Sequence record: MZ375356.1
Source: Escherichia phage T4
DNA: 64,000 nt
Reading direction: 5' to 3' (one strand)
Below, in pieces: positions 38,628-47,812 of this stretch. The position numbers were made by a program, and so were the translations under genes. A model generated the notes under the pieces. That model was not told the DNA's origin. It did no database searches and saw only the letters and a list, made by a program, of their open reading frames with translations. Within the stretch, counting starts at the first letter, position 1. Each line of letters begins with the position of its first letter.

Positions 38628-39722
38628 ATGGCAATTGTTAAAGAAATAACTGCTGATTTAATTAAAAAGTCCGGTGAGAAAATTTCAGCCGGACAGAGTA
38701 CTAAATCAGAAGTAGGAACTAAAACATACACAGCCCAGTTTCCAACTGGGCGTGCTAGTGGTAATGACATTACAGAGGACTTCCAGGTAACAGATCTATA
38801 TAAGAATGGATTATTATTTACTGCATACAATATGTCATCTAGGGATTCTGGAAGTCTTAGATCGATGAGATCTAACTACTCTTCTTCATCTTCGAGTATT
38901 TTACGTACAGCTAGAAACACTATTAGTAGTACAGTATCAAAACTATCAAATGGATTAATATCAAATAATAATTCAGGAACAATAAGTAAATCTCCTATCG
39001 CAAACATTCTTTTACCGAGATCTAAATCTGATGTTGATACATCATCACATAGATTTAATGATGTTCAAGAAAGCCTTATCAGTAGAGGCGGAGGTACTGC
39101 TACTGGTGTGCTAAGTAATATTGCTTCAACCGCAGTATTTGGGGCACTGGAAAGTATAACACAAGGTATAATGGCTGATAATAATGAACAGATTTATACG
39201 ACAGCCAGAAGTATGTATGGTGGTGCTGAAAATAGAACTAAAGTGTTTACATGGGATTTGACTCCACGTTCAACAGAAGATTTAATGGCTATTATTAATA
39301 TCTATCAATATTTTAACTATTTTTCTTATGGTGAAACGGGTAAATCTCAATATGCTGCTGAAATAAAGGGGTATTTAGATGATTGGTATCGTTCTACGTT
39401 AATTGAACCTTTATCTCCGGAAGACGCAGCTAAAAATAAAACACTATTTGAGAAAATGACATCGAGTTTAACTAACGTTCTAGTAGTTTCAAACCCGACA
39501 GTTTGGATGGTGAAAAACTTTGGCGCAACATCTAAGTTTGATGGAAAAACGGAAATATTTGGTCCATGTCAAATACAGAGCATTAGATTTGATAAAACAC
39601 CTAATGGTAACTTTAACGGATTAGCTATTGCTCCAAACCTCCCTAGTACATTTACTCTCGAGATTACTATGAGAGAAATTATCACGTTAAACCGTGCTTC
39701 TTTATATGCGGGGACTTTTTAA
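38628..39722 (+). CDS. 48: baseplate tail-tube junction protein gp48
   Basis: 364-aa ORF matching T4 gp48. Confidence 0.9.
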   Translation: MAIVKEITADLIKKSGEKISAGQSTKSEVGTKTYTAQFPTGRASGNDITEDFQVTDLYKNGLLFTAYNMSSRDSGSLRSMRSNYSSSSSSILRTARNTISSTVSKLSNGLISNNNSGTISKSPIANILLPRSKSDVDTSSHRFNDVQESLISRGGGTATGVLSNIASTAVFGALESITQGIMADNNEQIYTTARSMYGGAENRTKVFTWDLTPRSTEDLMAIINIYQYFNYFSYGETGKSQYAAEIKGYLDDWYRSTLIEPLSPEDAAKNKTLFEKMTSSLTNVLVVSNPTVWMVKNFGATSKFDGKTEIFGPCQIQSIRFDKTPNGNFNGLAIAPNLPSTFTLEITMREIITLNRASLYAGTF

Positions 39723-40687
39723 TGTATTCTTTAGAGGAATTTAATAATCAAGCAATAAACGCAGATTTCCAACGTAATAATATGTTTAGCTGCGTTTTTG
39801 CGACAACTCCATCAACTAAAAGCTCTTCGTTGATAAGTTCAATTAGCAACTTTTCTTATAATAACTTGGGCCTAAATTCAGATTGGTTAGGATTAACTCA
39901 AGGTGATATTAATCAGGGAATTACCACGCTAATTACAGCTGGCACACAAAAACTGATAAGAAAATCAGGAGTCAGTAAATATCTTATTGGTGCCATGAGT
40001 CAACGTACAGTTCAAAGTTTATTAGGCTCATTTACAGTTGGTACATATTTAATTGACTTCTTTAACATGGCATATAACTCATCTGGATTGATGATATACT
40101 CTGTAAAAATGCCAGAGAATAGATTATCCTATGAAACTGACTGGAACTATAATTCTCCTAATATTCGTATAACCGGAAGAGAATTAGACCCTTTGGTTAT
40201 TTCATTTAGAATGGATTCAGAAGCTTGTAACTATCGTGCAATGCAAGACTGGGTTAACTCCGTTCAAGACCCAGTAACTGGACTGCGTGCTTTGCCACAA
40301 GATGTCGAGGCAGATATTCAGGTTAATCTTCATTCTCGCAATGGATTACCTCATACTGCGGTGATGTTCACCGGATGCATTCCAATATCAGTGAGCGCTC
40401 CTGAGTTATCATATGATGGAGATAACCAAATAACTACATTTGATGTTACTTTTGCGTACAGAGTGATGCAGGCTGGAGCAGTTGATAGGCAAGCTGCGCT
40501 TGAATGGCTTGAATCTGCTGCTATAAATGGTATTCAAAGCGTTCTCGGAAATAGTGGAGGTGTTACTGGACTATCTAATTCGCTTTCACGACTTAGTAGA
40601 TTAGGGGGAACTGCAGGAAGCATTTCAAACATTAATACTATGACAGGAATTGTCAATTCGCAGAGTAAAATATTAGGAGCAATATAA
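39722..40687 (+). CDS. 54: baseplate tail-tube initiator gp54
   Basis: 321-aa ORF at the T4 gp54 position. Confidence 0.9.
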   Translation: MYSLEEFNNQAINADFQRNNMFSCVFATTPSTKSSSLISSISNFSYNNLGLNSDWLGLTQGDINQGITTLITAGTQKLIRKSGVSKYLIGAMSQRTVQSLLGSFTVGTYLIDFFNMAYNSSGLMIYSVKMPENRLSYETDWNYNSPNIRITGRELDPLVISFRMDSEACNYRAMQDWVNSVQDPVTGLRALPQDVEADIQVNLHSRNGLPHTAVMFTGCIPISVSAPELSYDGDNQITTFDVTFAYRVMQAGAVDRQAALEWLESAAINGIQSVLGNSGGVTGLSNSLSRLSRLGGTAGSISNINTMTGIVNSQSKILGAI

Positions 40688-40690
40688 CAA

Positions 40691-40716
40691 TGGGGACCGA
40701 AAGGTCCCCATATTTT
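40691..40716. terminator. hairpin terminator between convergent genes 54 and the alt-upstream ORF
   Basis: tggggacc-GAAA-ggtcccca followed by TATTTTTATTT. Confidence 0.7.
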
Positions 40717-41006
40717 TATTTACGGAATGAAATGAAAGCAGCAACTGAAGCAACTAAACTGTCTTCAATATAAACTTCAATTTTTACAGGAGCTTCTGAC
40801 TCAAATTTACCTGTTACTACACCCTGAAAAATACTTTCAGTCTGTTCTGGCTTTGAAAAATTTTCAGAAGGAAAAATTCCGAACTTTTTATCTGTTCCAA
40901 AAATTTTGATAAATTCATCGTAAACCGCTTCGTTAAAAGCATTATCAGCAGGAATAACGCCTTCAACTACAAGTTCTTGACCTAAAAAGCGTAAAGAAGA
41001 TTTCAT
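40716..41006 (-). CDS. hypothetical 96-aa protein (positional equivalent of T4 alt.-3)
   Basis: ORF with a Shine-Dalgarno GAGGAA upstream; directly downstream of an early promoter. Confidence 0.65.
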   Translation of the reverse strand: MKSSLRFLGQELVVEGVIPADNAFNEAVYDEFIKIFGTDKKFGIFPSENFSKPEQTESIFQGVVTGKFESEAPVKIEVYIEDSLVASVAAFISFRK

Positions 41007-41037
41007 TTTGTGTTCCTCATGTTATGTTAGTAAGACT

Positions 41038-41067
41038 ACTATAACACAACACGAGGGACTTGTAAAC
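41038..41067 (-). promoter_or_regulatory. T4 early promoter (GTTTAC-N18-TATAGT)
   Basis: Minus strand reads GTTTACAAGTCCCTCGTGTTGTGTTATAGT; part of a 53-bp block duplicated at 54227-54279. Confidence 0.7.
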
Positions 41068-41424
41068 TACATTTTGAACTTTTTAGTACGCGTAATAGGC
41101 ATGCGTCGATTTTATACTGTTTCATTGTTTGAAGAGCAGTATCAAAAACAGCATTAATGACACCAATTGGATTTCCACCCAAGTTTTTAAGCTTAACTAA
41201 TGATAGTTTCTCATTAACACCTATCATTACGATATGCATCATTTTATCGCCTGGTTTAACGTTTTATTTGTATCACCGCCAGAGGTGTATGTACAAAATC
41301 TAAATCCAGGAAGTACACTTTCTTCACCGGCTTGAATAGCAAAAATTTGTGGTATTTTATGCTTAGGATTTAAGTTAACAACCGGCGCCGAAGCGCCGTC
41401 AAATAATTCTGTAATAAGTTCCAT
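41039..41424 (-). pseudogene. tandem paralogue of the Alt N-terminus split across two frames (T4 alt.-2/alt.-1 equivalents)
   Basis: ORF 41239-41424 (MELITELFDGASAPV...CTYTSGGDTN) and ORF 41039-41242 (MMHIV...QYKIDACLLRVLKS) are collinear with Alt residues 1-125 but in different frames. Confidence 0.7.
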
Positions 41425-41427
41425 GAT

Positions 41428-43476
41428 TTATCCTTGAACGAACTTGTAAGGCATGTTTGCAATATCTATGCAAGACGCAATAATTCCAAGAGATGATTCT
41501 ACTTTCTGTTTAACATTTGATGAAACAAATGATGCAAAGTCAACTCTATCTTCTATATCACCTGTCATTGTAACCAATTCACCAGTTTCCATTAAATGGT
41601 CTCCGTCATAGATTACCGATTCGGTGAGTTCTTCTGTGGTCATAACTTCAGCTTGAATAAGCTTGTTGTTAGTTTTAACTGTTCCATCATTGTAAGATGC
41701 ATCGGTTATTTTATTAACTTTGACCATTAATCCACGTGGCAAAATGACTTCCATTTCATTTGAAGGCGCTAAACTTCCACCGGGTAAAACAACATTGACC
41801 TTATCAGCCCCAGTAATAACCCATCCAATTCCAACTAAATTATCGCTAGAATTTACAAGTCCTTCATCAGTTTTATCAATAGAAACGCTTAAACGCTTTT
41901 CGTCTGGTAAAACACCTATAGATGAATCAGTCATCCAAGTACCAAAAATATTTGGATATAATGATGTTGACACAAAGTTTCTAAAATAAAAAACTCGATT
42001 TTTTACCATTGCTTCGTATATTGAAGGTAACATTCGTTGTGAACGATACAAAGTAATACCTTTTGGTAATCGTTCACCATTTTTAAAGGCTGAATCTAAA
42101 TTATCAATAGCTTTTTCTATGTCAGATGCTGTCAAAATACTTGTACGCTCATCTGGATTATATAATCCCAAAAGAGCATTATTTATGTCTACATATCCTG
42201 AACCTACGTATTCACGAATTCCGCGTTTTTGCGCTGGTGTGTATTTAGATGAATCTTTATTTTCGACTATAGGATGTAATGACCATCCAGCGGTAAGAGC
42301 ATATCCACGTAATTCTCTTCGAATAATCTTTGTTTTTATTGCATTCCAAGAATTTTGTACTAACTCATTTGCAGCATCTTGGTTTAAATGCGAATGTTTG
42401 TTAATATTTCTTTCAAACCAAGCACCCTTATATTTTTCTAAAGTATCATCGACGATAGAAGCAATAGTTTCTAAGGTTTTTATTGAAGTAATAGATTCTT
42501 TTCGTAATCTTTCTAAAGCTTTATTTTTTATTTCTGCGTTAATAATGGATTCTTTATCTTCAGGAATTATAGAAGCTTCTCTGAATGCCATCCCAGCTGT
42601 AACACTGCTAAGAGCATTCTCTAGTGCAAATCCTGAAGTAGAAATTACCGTTAATTCATTAGAATCAGAAATTAAAGGCGCGTCCGCTGGTTTATTTAAT
42701 TCGGCCGCTGAAGCCTCAAATTTTTGAAACATTGGTGTTTCAAATCTAGAAGATTCCAATGACTGACTTTGCGCAATTGCTCTACGGGAAATTTTAACTT
42801 TAACGATTACAGCTTGGTCAGAACGTTTATCATTTTCTTGCGCAATAGATGCTGCAATTGCCTCATTTTTAGTTACTTGAGCCCCAGTATCTTTATTGAT
42901 ATAAACATCACCGACCTTCGATTCAACTTTAGTAAAGAGCTCGGTACTAATTTCCGGAACTCCTGGAATGTCTTCTAGTGATACATTTTTGCGATGTATA
43001 AGAATATATGCATACTTTTTATCGTAATCCCAGAGTTCCTTAAGAAGGACGTATCTACCACCTGAACGACTACGGATAAGTCTATCAGCAATAACTTGAA
43101 TTTGTCGAGCTTGGCCAGCAGTTTTAGACTTAAGAATACGGAGCATACAGGCATCAATTTTATACTGGCGCATTGTTTGCATTGCAACAGTAAAAACTGA
43201 ATTGATATAATTAATTGGGCTTGGACCAAGACCTTTTAATTTAGCAATTGAACCTTTAGCAGTTAATGTAAAAGGAACAATATGCATCATTTTATCGCCC
43301 ATCTTTAAATCACGATTAGTATCACCTCCAGATGTATAGGTACATAAACGAAAGCCTGGTTGTTCAATTGCATCATCAACATGAACTGAAAAAATTTGCG
43401 GTATTTTCTTCTTTGGATATAAGTTTGTAATTGGAAGAGTAGTATCTTCGTCAAATAATTCTGTAATAAGTTCCAT
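41428..43476 (-). CDS. alt: Alt ADP-ribosyltransferase (capsid-packaged, modifies host RNA polymerase)
   Basis: 682 aa from MELITELFDEDTTLPITNLYPKK. Confidence 0.9.
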   Translation of the reverse strand: MELITELFDEDTTLPITNLYPKKKIPQIFSVHVDDAIEQPGFRLCTYTSGGDTNRDLKMGDKMMHIVPFTLTAKGSIAKLKGLGPSPINYINSVFTVAMQTMRQYKIDACMLRILKSKTAGQARQIQVIADRLIRSRSGGRYVLLKELWDYDKKYAYILIHRKNVSLEDIPGVPEISTELFTKVESKVGDVYINKDTGAQVTKNEAIAASIAQENDKRSDQAVIVKVKISRRAIAQSQSLESSRFETPMFQKFEASAAELNKPADAPLISDSNELTVISTSGFALENALSSVTAGMAFREASIIPEDKESIINAEIKNKALERLRKESITSIKTLETIASIVDDTLEKYKGAWFERNINKHSHLNQDAANELVQNSWNAIKTKIIRRELRGYALTAGWSLHPIVENKDSSKYTPAQKRGIREYVGSGYVDINNALLGLYNPDERTSILTASDIEKAIDNLDSAFKNGERLPKGITLYRSQRMLPSIYEAMVKNRVFYFRNFVSTSLYPNIFGTWMTDSSIGVLPDEKRLSVSIDKTDEGLVNSSDNLVGIGWVITGADKVNVVLPGGSLAPSNEMEVILPRGLMVKVNKITDASYNDGTVKTNNKLIQAEVMTTEELTESVIYDGDHLMETGELVTMTGDIEDRVDFASFVSSNVKQKVESSLGIIASCIDIANMPYKFVQG

Positions 43477-43504
43477 CATATCCTCTCTAGTGTTTATTCT
43501 ATTC

Positions 43505-43512
43505 TATTTATA
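43505..43512 (-). promoter_or_regulatory. T4 late promoter (TATAAATA, minus strand) upstream of alt
   Basis: Reverse complement of forward tatttata; about 30 nt upstream of the alt ATG. Confidence 0.55.
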
Positions 43513-43517
43513 AAATT

Positions 43518-43534
43518 AAAGGCCCGAAGGCCTT
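43518..43534 (-). other. hairpin (aaaggcc-CGAA-ggccttt) between alt and the upstream small ORF
   Basis: Inverted repeat read directly. Confidence 0.5.
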
Positions 43535-43722
43535 TAATAATCTATTGGTAAGAGAGTACGATATATTTCAAACTTTGGACCTTTTTCATAAGCATCAAAT
43601 GTTTCTGTGAATTTATTATAAGCATATGCATCTATAAATTCAATCATGATTTGTGATACAGAAGTAGAAACATCTCCACCTTCTTTTTGAGCCACGACAA
43701 TTGTTTCTAAGTAAGCTTTCAT
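43534..43722 (-). CDS. hypothetical 62-aa protein (positional equivalent of T4 alt.1)
   Basis: ORF between alt and the ligase gene; ATGA overlap with the ligase stop. Confidence 0.6.
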   Translation of the reverse strand: MKAYLETIVVAQKEGGDVSTSVSQIMIEFIDAYAYNKFTETFDAYEKGPKFEIYRTLLPIDY

Positions 43723-45182
43723 AGACCAGTTACCTCATGAAAATCACCAAATACATCTTCGAATGTATTAGCTTTAGTTTTATCTTCACGTAAACGAATC
43801 GCAATCGGAAGAAATAATTTAACGTAATCAGTGCGGCCATCAGATTTTAACCAACCGTTGCATTCGCACTCTAGAATTTTTCCAATATAATAATTTTGGT
43901 TTTCCATAATGCGAGTACGGTCAAGTTCATGCGATTTTACACCGGCTTTATCTTTTAAGCCTGAACCAGCATTTACCTTAATTTTTCCACACTCTGACTC
44001 AAGAATAAATCCACCCGCTTTAGTAGGGTCTTTACGGTGAGGATAAATTCCTACAATTTTTAAATCAACATCAATTACTTCTTTAAATTTATAAAGATTT
44101 TTTGAACGAGCATTTTCCCATAATCCATCGATATTTTTGAGAATAATACCTTCAAGACCTTGGTCAATATACTTTTTATAAATTACCTTAGCTTCATCTA
44201 GGTTATTTACTACCTGGTTTTCAATTAAAATTACTTTATCATATCCAGATGTCATTTGTTCTAGTTTAGAAAAACGTACATCATATTTCAAACGAAATGC
44301 AGGAAGACTGTATATTTCTACCAACGGGACATAATCCCAGACCTGAAACTTCATGCATTGTGCTTCTTTTTCAGAAATGGTTCCCTTTAAAGATTTATTG
44401 GCGATTCCATTAGAAGCAGTACGTGATTCAGCTACTTCGGCGAATTCTTTAGCTTTACTGTTTTCAGGATAAGCATCAAAAAGAAAATCTAGGCCTTCTG
44501 GCTCCTTTTTAACTTGCTCATGGTATACCAATTCGCCATCAATCAACACACCTTCTGGATGAATCTGGCGGGCTTCAGCGGTCATTTTAATTAACTCTTC
44601 CTTAAGAAGATCTAATCCTAGATATTCATTACCAGCTCGTGATAAAAGACGAACATCATCTAATTCATCACCTCTAACTTCAGCAAAACACCGAGCTCCA
44701 TCAGCTTTTAACTGAGCAAAGGCTGGAAATTTGATATTCTTATTAATGCCTTTTTCATCATAAGAACTTGCGAGCATTTGAGGTTGTTCAGGAATTAAAC
44801 CTGGCCAAACTTTGTTTGCAATAGATACTGAAGCACCACATTCAAGGTCTCGCATCATCACTCGACGCAAAACTTCAACATCATCTTTTTTACCATCGGT
44901 GATATATCCAGTTAATTCCTCAATTGCTGCATTTCCAGTCAATTTCCGAGTAGCTAATGTGAATTCAATGAAGTCAAGCATATCGGTAAGAGTCAACATT
45001 CCAAAACTCTGGGTAGCAATACCAGGTTTAGGCCATTTCTTGATATAATACTGTAACCCACGAGAATAAGTCAGACGATATACTCGTTTAAGCAATTCAT
45101 TATCTTTATTCTTTTCAAGAATTGCTTGCTTCTGTTTAGTTGAACCAATAGATGCTATTTCGTTCAGAATTTTAAGAATCAT
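43719..45182 (-). CDS. 30: ATP-dependent DNA ligase
   Basis: 487-aa ORF starting MILKILNEIASIGSTKQKQ; adenylation motif KADGAR. Confidence 0.95.
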   Translation of the reverse strand: MILKILNEIASIGSTKQKQAILEKNKDNELLKRVYRLTYSRGLQYYIKKWPKPGIATQSFGMLTLTDMLDFIEFTLATRKLTGNAAIEELTGYITDGKKDDVEVLRRVMMRDLECGASVSIANKVWPGLIPEQPQMLASSYDEKGINKNIKFPAFAQLKADGARCFAEVRGDELDDVRLLSRAGNEYLGLDLLKEELIKMTAEARQIHPEGVLIDGELVYHEQVKKEPEGLDFLFDAYPENSKAKEFAEVAESRTASNGIANKSLKGTISEKEAQCMKFQVWDYVPLVEIYSLPAFRLKYDVRFSKLEQMTSGYDKVILIENQVVNNLDEAKVIYKKYIDQGLEGIILKNIDGLWENARSKNLYKFKEVIDVDLKIVGIYPHRKDPTKAGGFILESECGKIKVNAGSGLKDKAGVKSHELDRTRIMENQNYYIGKILECECNGWLKSDGRTDYVKLFLPIAIRLREDKTKANTFEDVFGDFHEVTGL

Positions 45183-45448
45183 TGTTCATCCTTTAGAGTT
45201 TGGTTTACAGCTCTATTATAAATCAATTCATCATTAAGCTCAGTCAAAGACCTGTGGTACGTGGTTCTAACTTTATTTCCTTGCATCCAGTGCTTGATAT
45301 AAATGAAACCTTGCTCTACACATTTTTTAAAAATTCGTTCGTCTTTTTGAGCTCGGAATTCTGGATTGCATCTAAAAAATTGATTTACGTGACCGTAATC
45401 ACGTGTAGTATTACCTTCATTTTCATAAATAGTGTGAACAACAAACAT
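45179..45448 (-). CDS. hypothetical 89-aa protein (30.1 position)
   Basis: ORF with ATGA overlap to the ligase gene. Confidence 0.6.
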   Translation of the reverse strand: MFVVHTIYENEGNTTRDYGHVNQFFRCNPEFRAQKDERIFKKCVEQGFIYIKHWMQGNKVRTTYHRSLTELNDELIYNRAVNQTLKDEQ

Positions 45449-45786
45449 TAGAATGCTCCTTGGAAAATATTATCACCACAAGTAGGTCTATTATACAAAT
45501 ACTCTATACCGCCGGGCTTAATATAGTTCCATGTCTGAAACGGATGCGTCTGATATGGATGATATGGATTATAAGGATTAAATCCAGGAGTTCTCCAGGT
45601 AGTGTTCCAAGGAAAAGAATCGTTTTTAATCATCTTTTCAATTACATCTTTTATAGCTTTTTCACTATCAAAACTTTCTTTATTTTCCTTTGGTGAAAAA
45701 AGCTTATTCTCTACATCGTTCCATGTATAAACTCGCTGAGCAGTTTTTGGAATATTGTCACGCTCTCCTCGAGCCATCCAATACAC
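45448..45786 (-). CDS. hypothetical 112-aa protein (30.2 position)
   Basis: ORF; position only. Confidence 0.6.
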   Translation of the reverse strand: MYWMARGERDNIPKTAQRVYTWNDVENKLFSPKENKESFDSEKAIKDVIEKMIKNDSFPWNTTWRTPGFNPYNPYHPYQTHPFQTWNYIKPGGIEYLYNRPTCGDNIFQGAF

Positions 45787-45851
45787 AGGAACACGTAATA
45801 TTTCACTCGCGTGATCGCAGTGGTGAGCGAGATCGTCAATAACAAATTACG

Positions 45852-46097
45852 TTATTTCTCTTTTGCTTTTTTGAACAACTCTTCTTTTGAAGAATCATGA
45901 CTACACATCAGTACTTCTGAGAAAGCACCAGGAAAAAGAGCATTCAAATTAAATTGACGATTTAATAGAGCGTCAATAGAATCACCCAATGCTGTAACAG
46001 CAACAAAATTATAATCTTCTTTTAATTTGTTAATTACACAGAGCATCTTTATATGGAGACAAGTAACGAATAAAATCCGAACGATTGTATTTTTCAA
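45852..46097 (-). CDS. hypothetical 81-codon ORF with a non-ATG (TTG) start; may be spurious or an alternate-frame ORF
   Basis: Overlaps the tail of a longer open frame (46030-46272) in another phase. Confidence 0.3.
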   Translation of the reverse strand: MKNTIVRILFVTCLHIKMLCVINKLKEDYNFVAVTALGDSIDALLNRQFNLNALFPGAFSEVLMCSHDSSKEELFKKAKEK

Positions 46098-46272
46098 TTA
46101 ACTTGACGCCAAGTTCTTCATCACAGTTAAAGAGTTTACCAGGAGAAATAAATTTCTCATCTTGGATCATTTTTAAAATATGTTCTAACGGAAGATTATA
46201 TTTCTGAGCAAAATAAGGAAGGCCTGATTGCCAGCTTAAACATACTCCATCAATATCAGTTAATAGTAGGCT

Positions 46273-46734
46273 TCATAGAGAGTCTCTTAATAGGTTTAAC
46301 ACATCAATAAATTCAGCTTCGGTTAGTATTGTATCATCTTTTGTTAGACCACTAGCAATGCTGTGCTTCAAAACTTTTCCTTTCGAGGCTTGTAATGCAT
46401 CACGAAAGCCCTTGTTTTGAATCGCTGCTTCAAAATATGCATTTGTGTATAATTCTTTCCACGCCGGGGAGTATCTTGAAAACGGAACTCCAAGCCAAAA
46501 GAGGGTCCCACGGTCCTGAGCTCTAGCATAAGACCTTCCAGCTTGTTGGGCGGCAAGCCCGGATAACCCAAATATACGTTGTTGTTCAACATTTTTCACC
46601 TTACACCCTTGGAGGAATCCTTCAAGACCTCCAAATTGAATACCATCCATAACGAAAGGCCATTGGGCGAAATTACTTAATGCACATGATGGCCACCTAA
46701 AATTGCTTCTAATCTCTAACTCAGACATTTTCAA
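46273..46734 (-). CDS. NADAR/YbiA-like (DUF1768) domain protein
   Basis: 153-aa ORF; LSNFAQWPFVMDGIQFGGLEGFLQGCKV resembles the N-terminal NADAR signature (E. coli YbiA FSNFAAWPIKVDGKTW...EHYFQAQKF); assignment is by eye, not by search. Confidence 0.5.
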   Translation of the reverse strand: MKMSELEIRSNFRWPSCALSNFAQWPFVMDGIQFGGLEGFLQGCKVKNVEQQRIFGLSGLAAQQAGRSYARAQDRGTLFWLGVPFSRYSPAWKELYTNAYFEAAIQNKGFRDALQASKGKVLKHSIASGLTKDDTILTEAEFIDVLNLLRDSL

Positions 46735-46927
46735 TGCTTATAATTTCAACATCAGCCCAATGACCATAGCAAGGAAGACGAAATTCAACTGGCCAGTTAG
46801 GGTCCTTTTCTAATATAATAGACTCAACTTGTGGTTCTTCGTGTTCATCAGTATACGGATTTTTATCTGTTACTTTATATGTGACCTTAATGTACTGAAT
46901 TCCAAAAATCTTATTAATTATATTCAT
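46721..46927 (-). CDS. hypothetical 68-aa protein
   Basis: ORF; translationally coupled to neighbours. Confidence 0.55.
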   Translation of the reverse strand: MNIINKIFGIQYIKVTYKVTDKNPYTDEHEEPQVESIILEKDPNWPVEFRLPCYGHWADVEIISIENV

Positions 46928-47121
46928 ACTAATTCCTTTAATCCGTAGATAGGAGATAATTCATCACCCATACGAAGGTCTTCATTTCCATCTACCCAGG
47001 AAACAATATAAGCCTCTTTTATTTGAATACCACTCCATTTAAATGGAGGTAGAACCTTAGAAATTAATCCAGGTATACCAACTCCCTTTAATTCAACAGT
47101 TTGACCTAAAAAGAATTTCAT
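46924..47121 (-). CDS. hypothetical 65-aa protein
   Basis: ORF; TAATG overlap with the upstream gene. Confidence 0.55.
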   Translation of the reverse strand: MKFFLGQTVELKGVGIPGLISKVLPPFKWSGIQIKEAYIVSWVDGNEDLRMGDELSPIYGLKELV

Positions 47122-47401
47122 TAGAACCTCATCTGAAAACCGTGCGATTTAACATTACCGCCGCCAATATCAGAAATGTTAATTTCACGCGCAATTGAAG
47201 GGTCAATGTCAATTTCACGATTGAGTTTAGTGATAGCTAAAGTATCACGCCCATTTACAGTACGGAACTCTAAAGGACAAACCACATCAACGTAGTTTTA
47301 ATCGATTCGCTAGTAAGTTGCAAATGTGCAGGAAGGTCTTTAGGTGCCTTTGAGAAAACCACTTCACAGAAATTTTTGCGGGTATCAAAATAAGTAGTCA
47401 T
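47121..47401 (-). pseudogene. hypothetical ~93-codon gene split across two frames
   Basis: ATG at 47401 gives MTTYFDTRKNFCEVVF...SIKTT then a stop; a second frame continues ...VVCPLEFRTVNGRDTLAITKLNREIDIDPS... to the stop at 47121; the junction lies in an A-run. Confidence 0.45.
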
Positions 47402-47422
47402 AAACATAATATTTTCCTCAGT

Positions 47423-47438
47423 AAGGGGCTGAAGCCCC
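47423..47438 (-). other. hairpin (aggggc-TGAA-gcccct)
   Basis: Inverted repeat read directly. Confidence 0.5.
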
Positions 47439-47448
47439 TCATTTTATT

Positions 47449-47812
47449 TTAAATATCAAATTCATTAAGAACTACATCAAAGATTGCTTCAAGATGCTCA
47501 GGTAGCTCTGTTACTCAGAATATGACGAATCCAAGTTTTAACTAAGAGTTTACGATTAGCACCATTCCAGCAAGGATGAGTCCCTAAATCGCGTTGGCGG
47601 AAATCATCATCCAGAGCGATTTTGAAGTTGGAACCTTTCATCGTGATTGAAACCGTGATACCGTTTTCAAATCGCATATAAACGTAGTTAGGAGTCATAT
47701 ACTGTTCAATTTCGCATACTGATCCATTTTGATGTTTCCAGAGGCAAATAGTATCAATAGAACCTGCAATACCATTAGAAACATATTTACGTTCAAAGTT
47801 AATGTAGTTCAT
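47449..47812 (-). CDS. hypothetical protein; 104-aa ORF (47498-47812) with a possible out-of-frame C-terminal continuation
   Basis: After the stop at 47498 the +1 frame reads VTELPEHLEAIFDVVLNEFDI to a stop at 47449. Confidence 0.45.
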
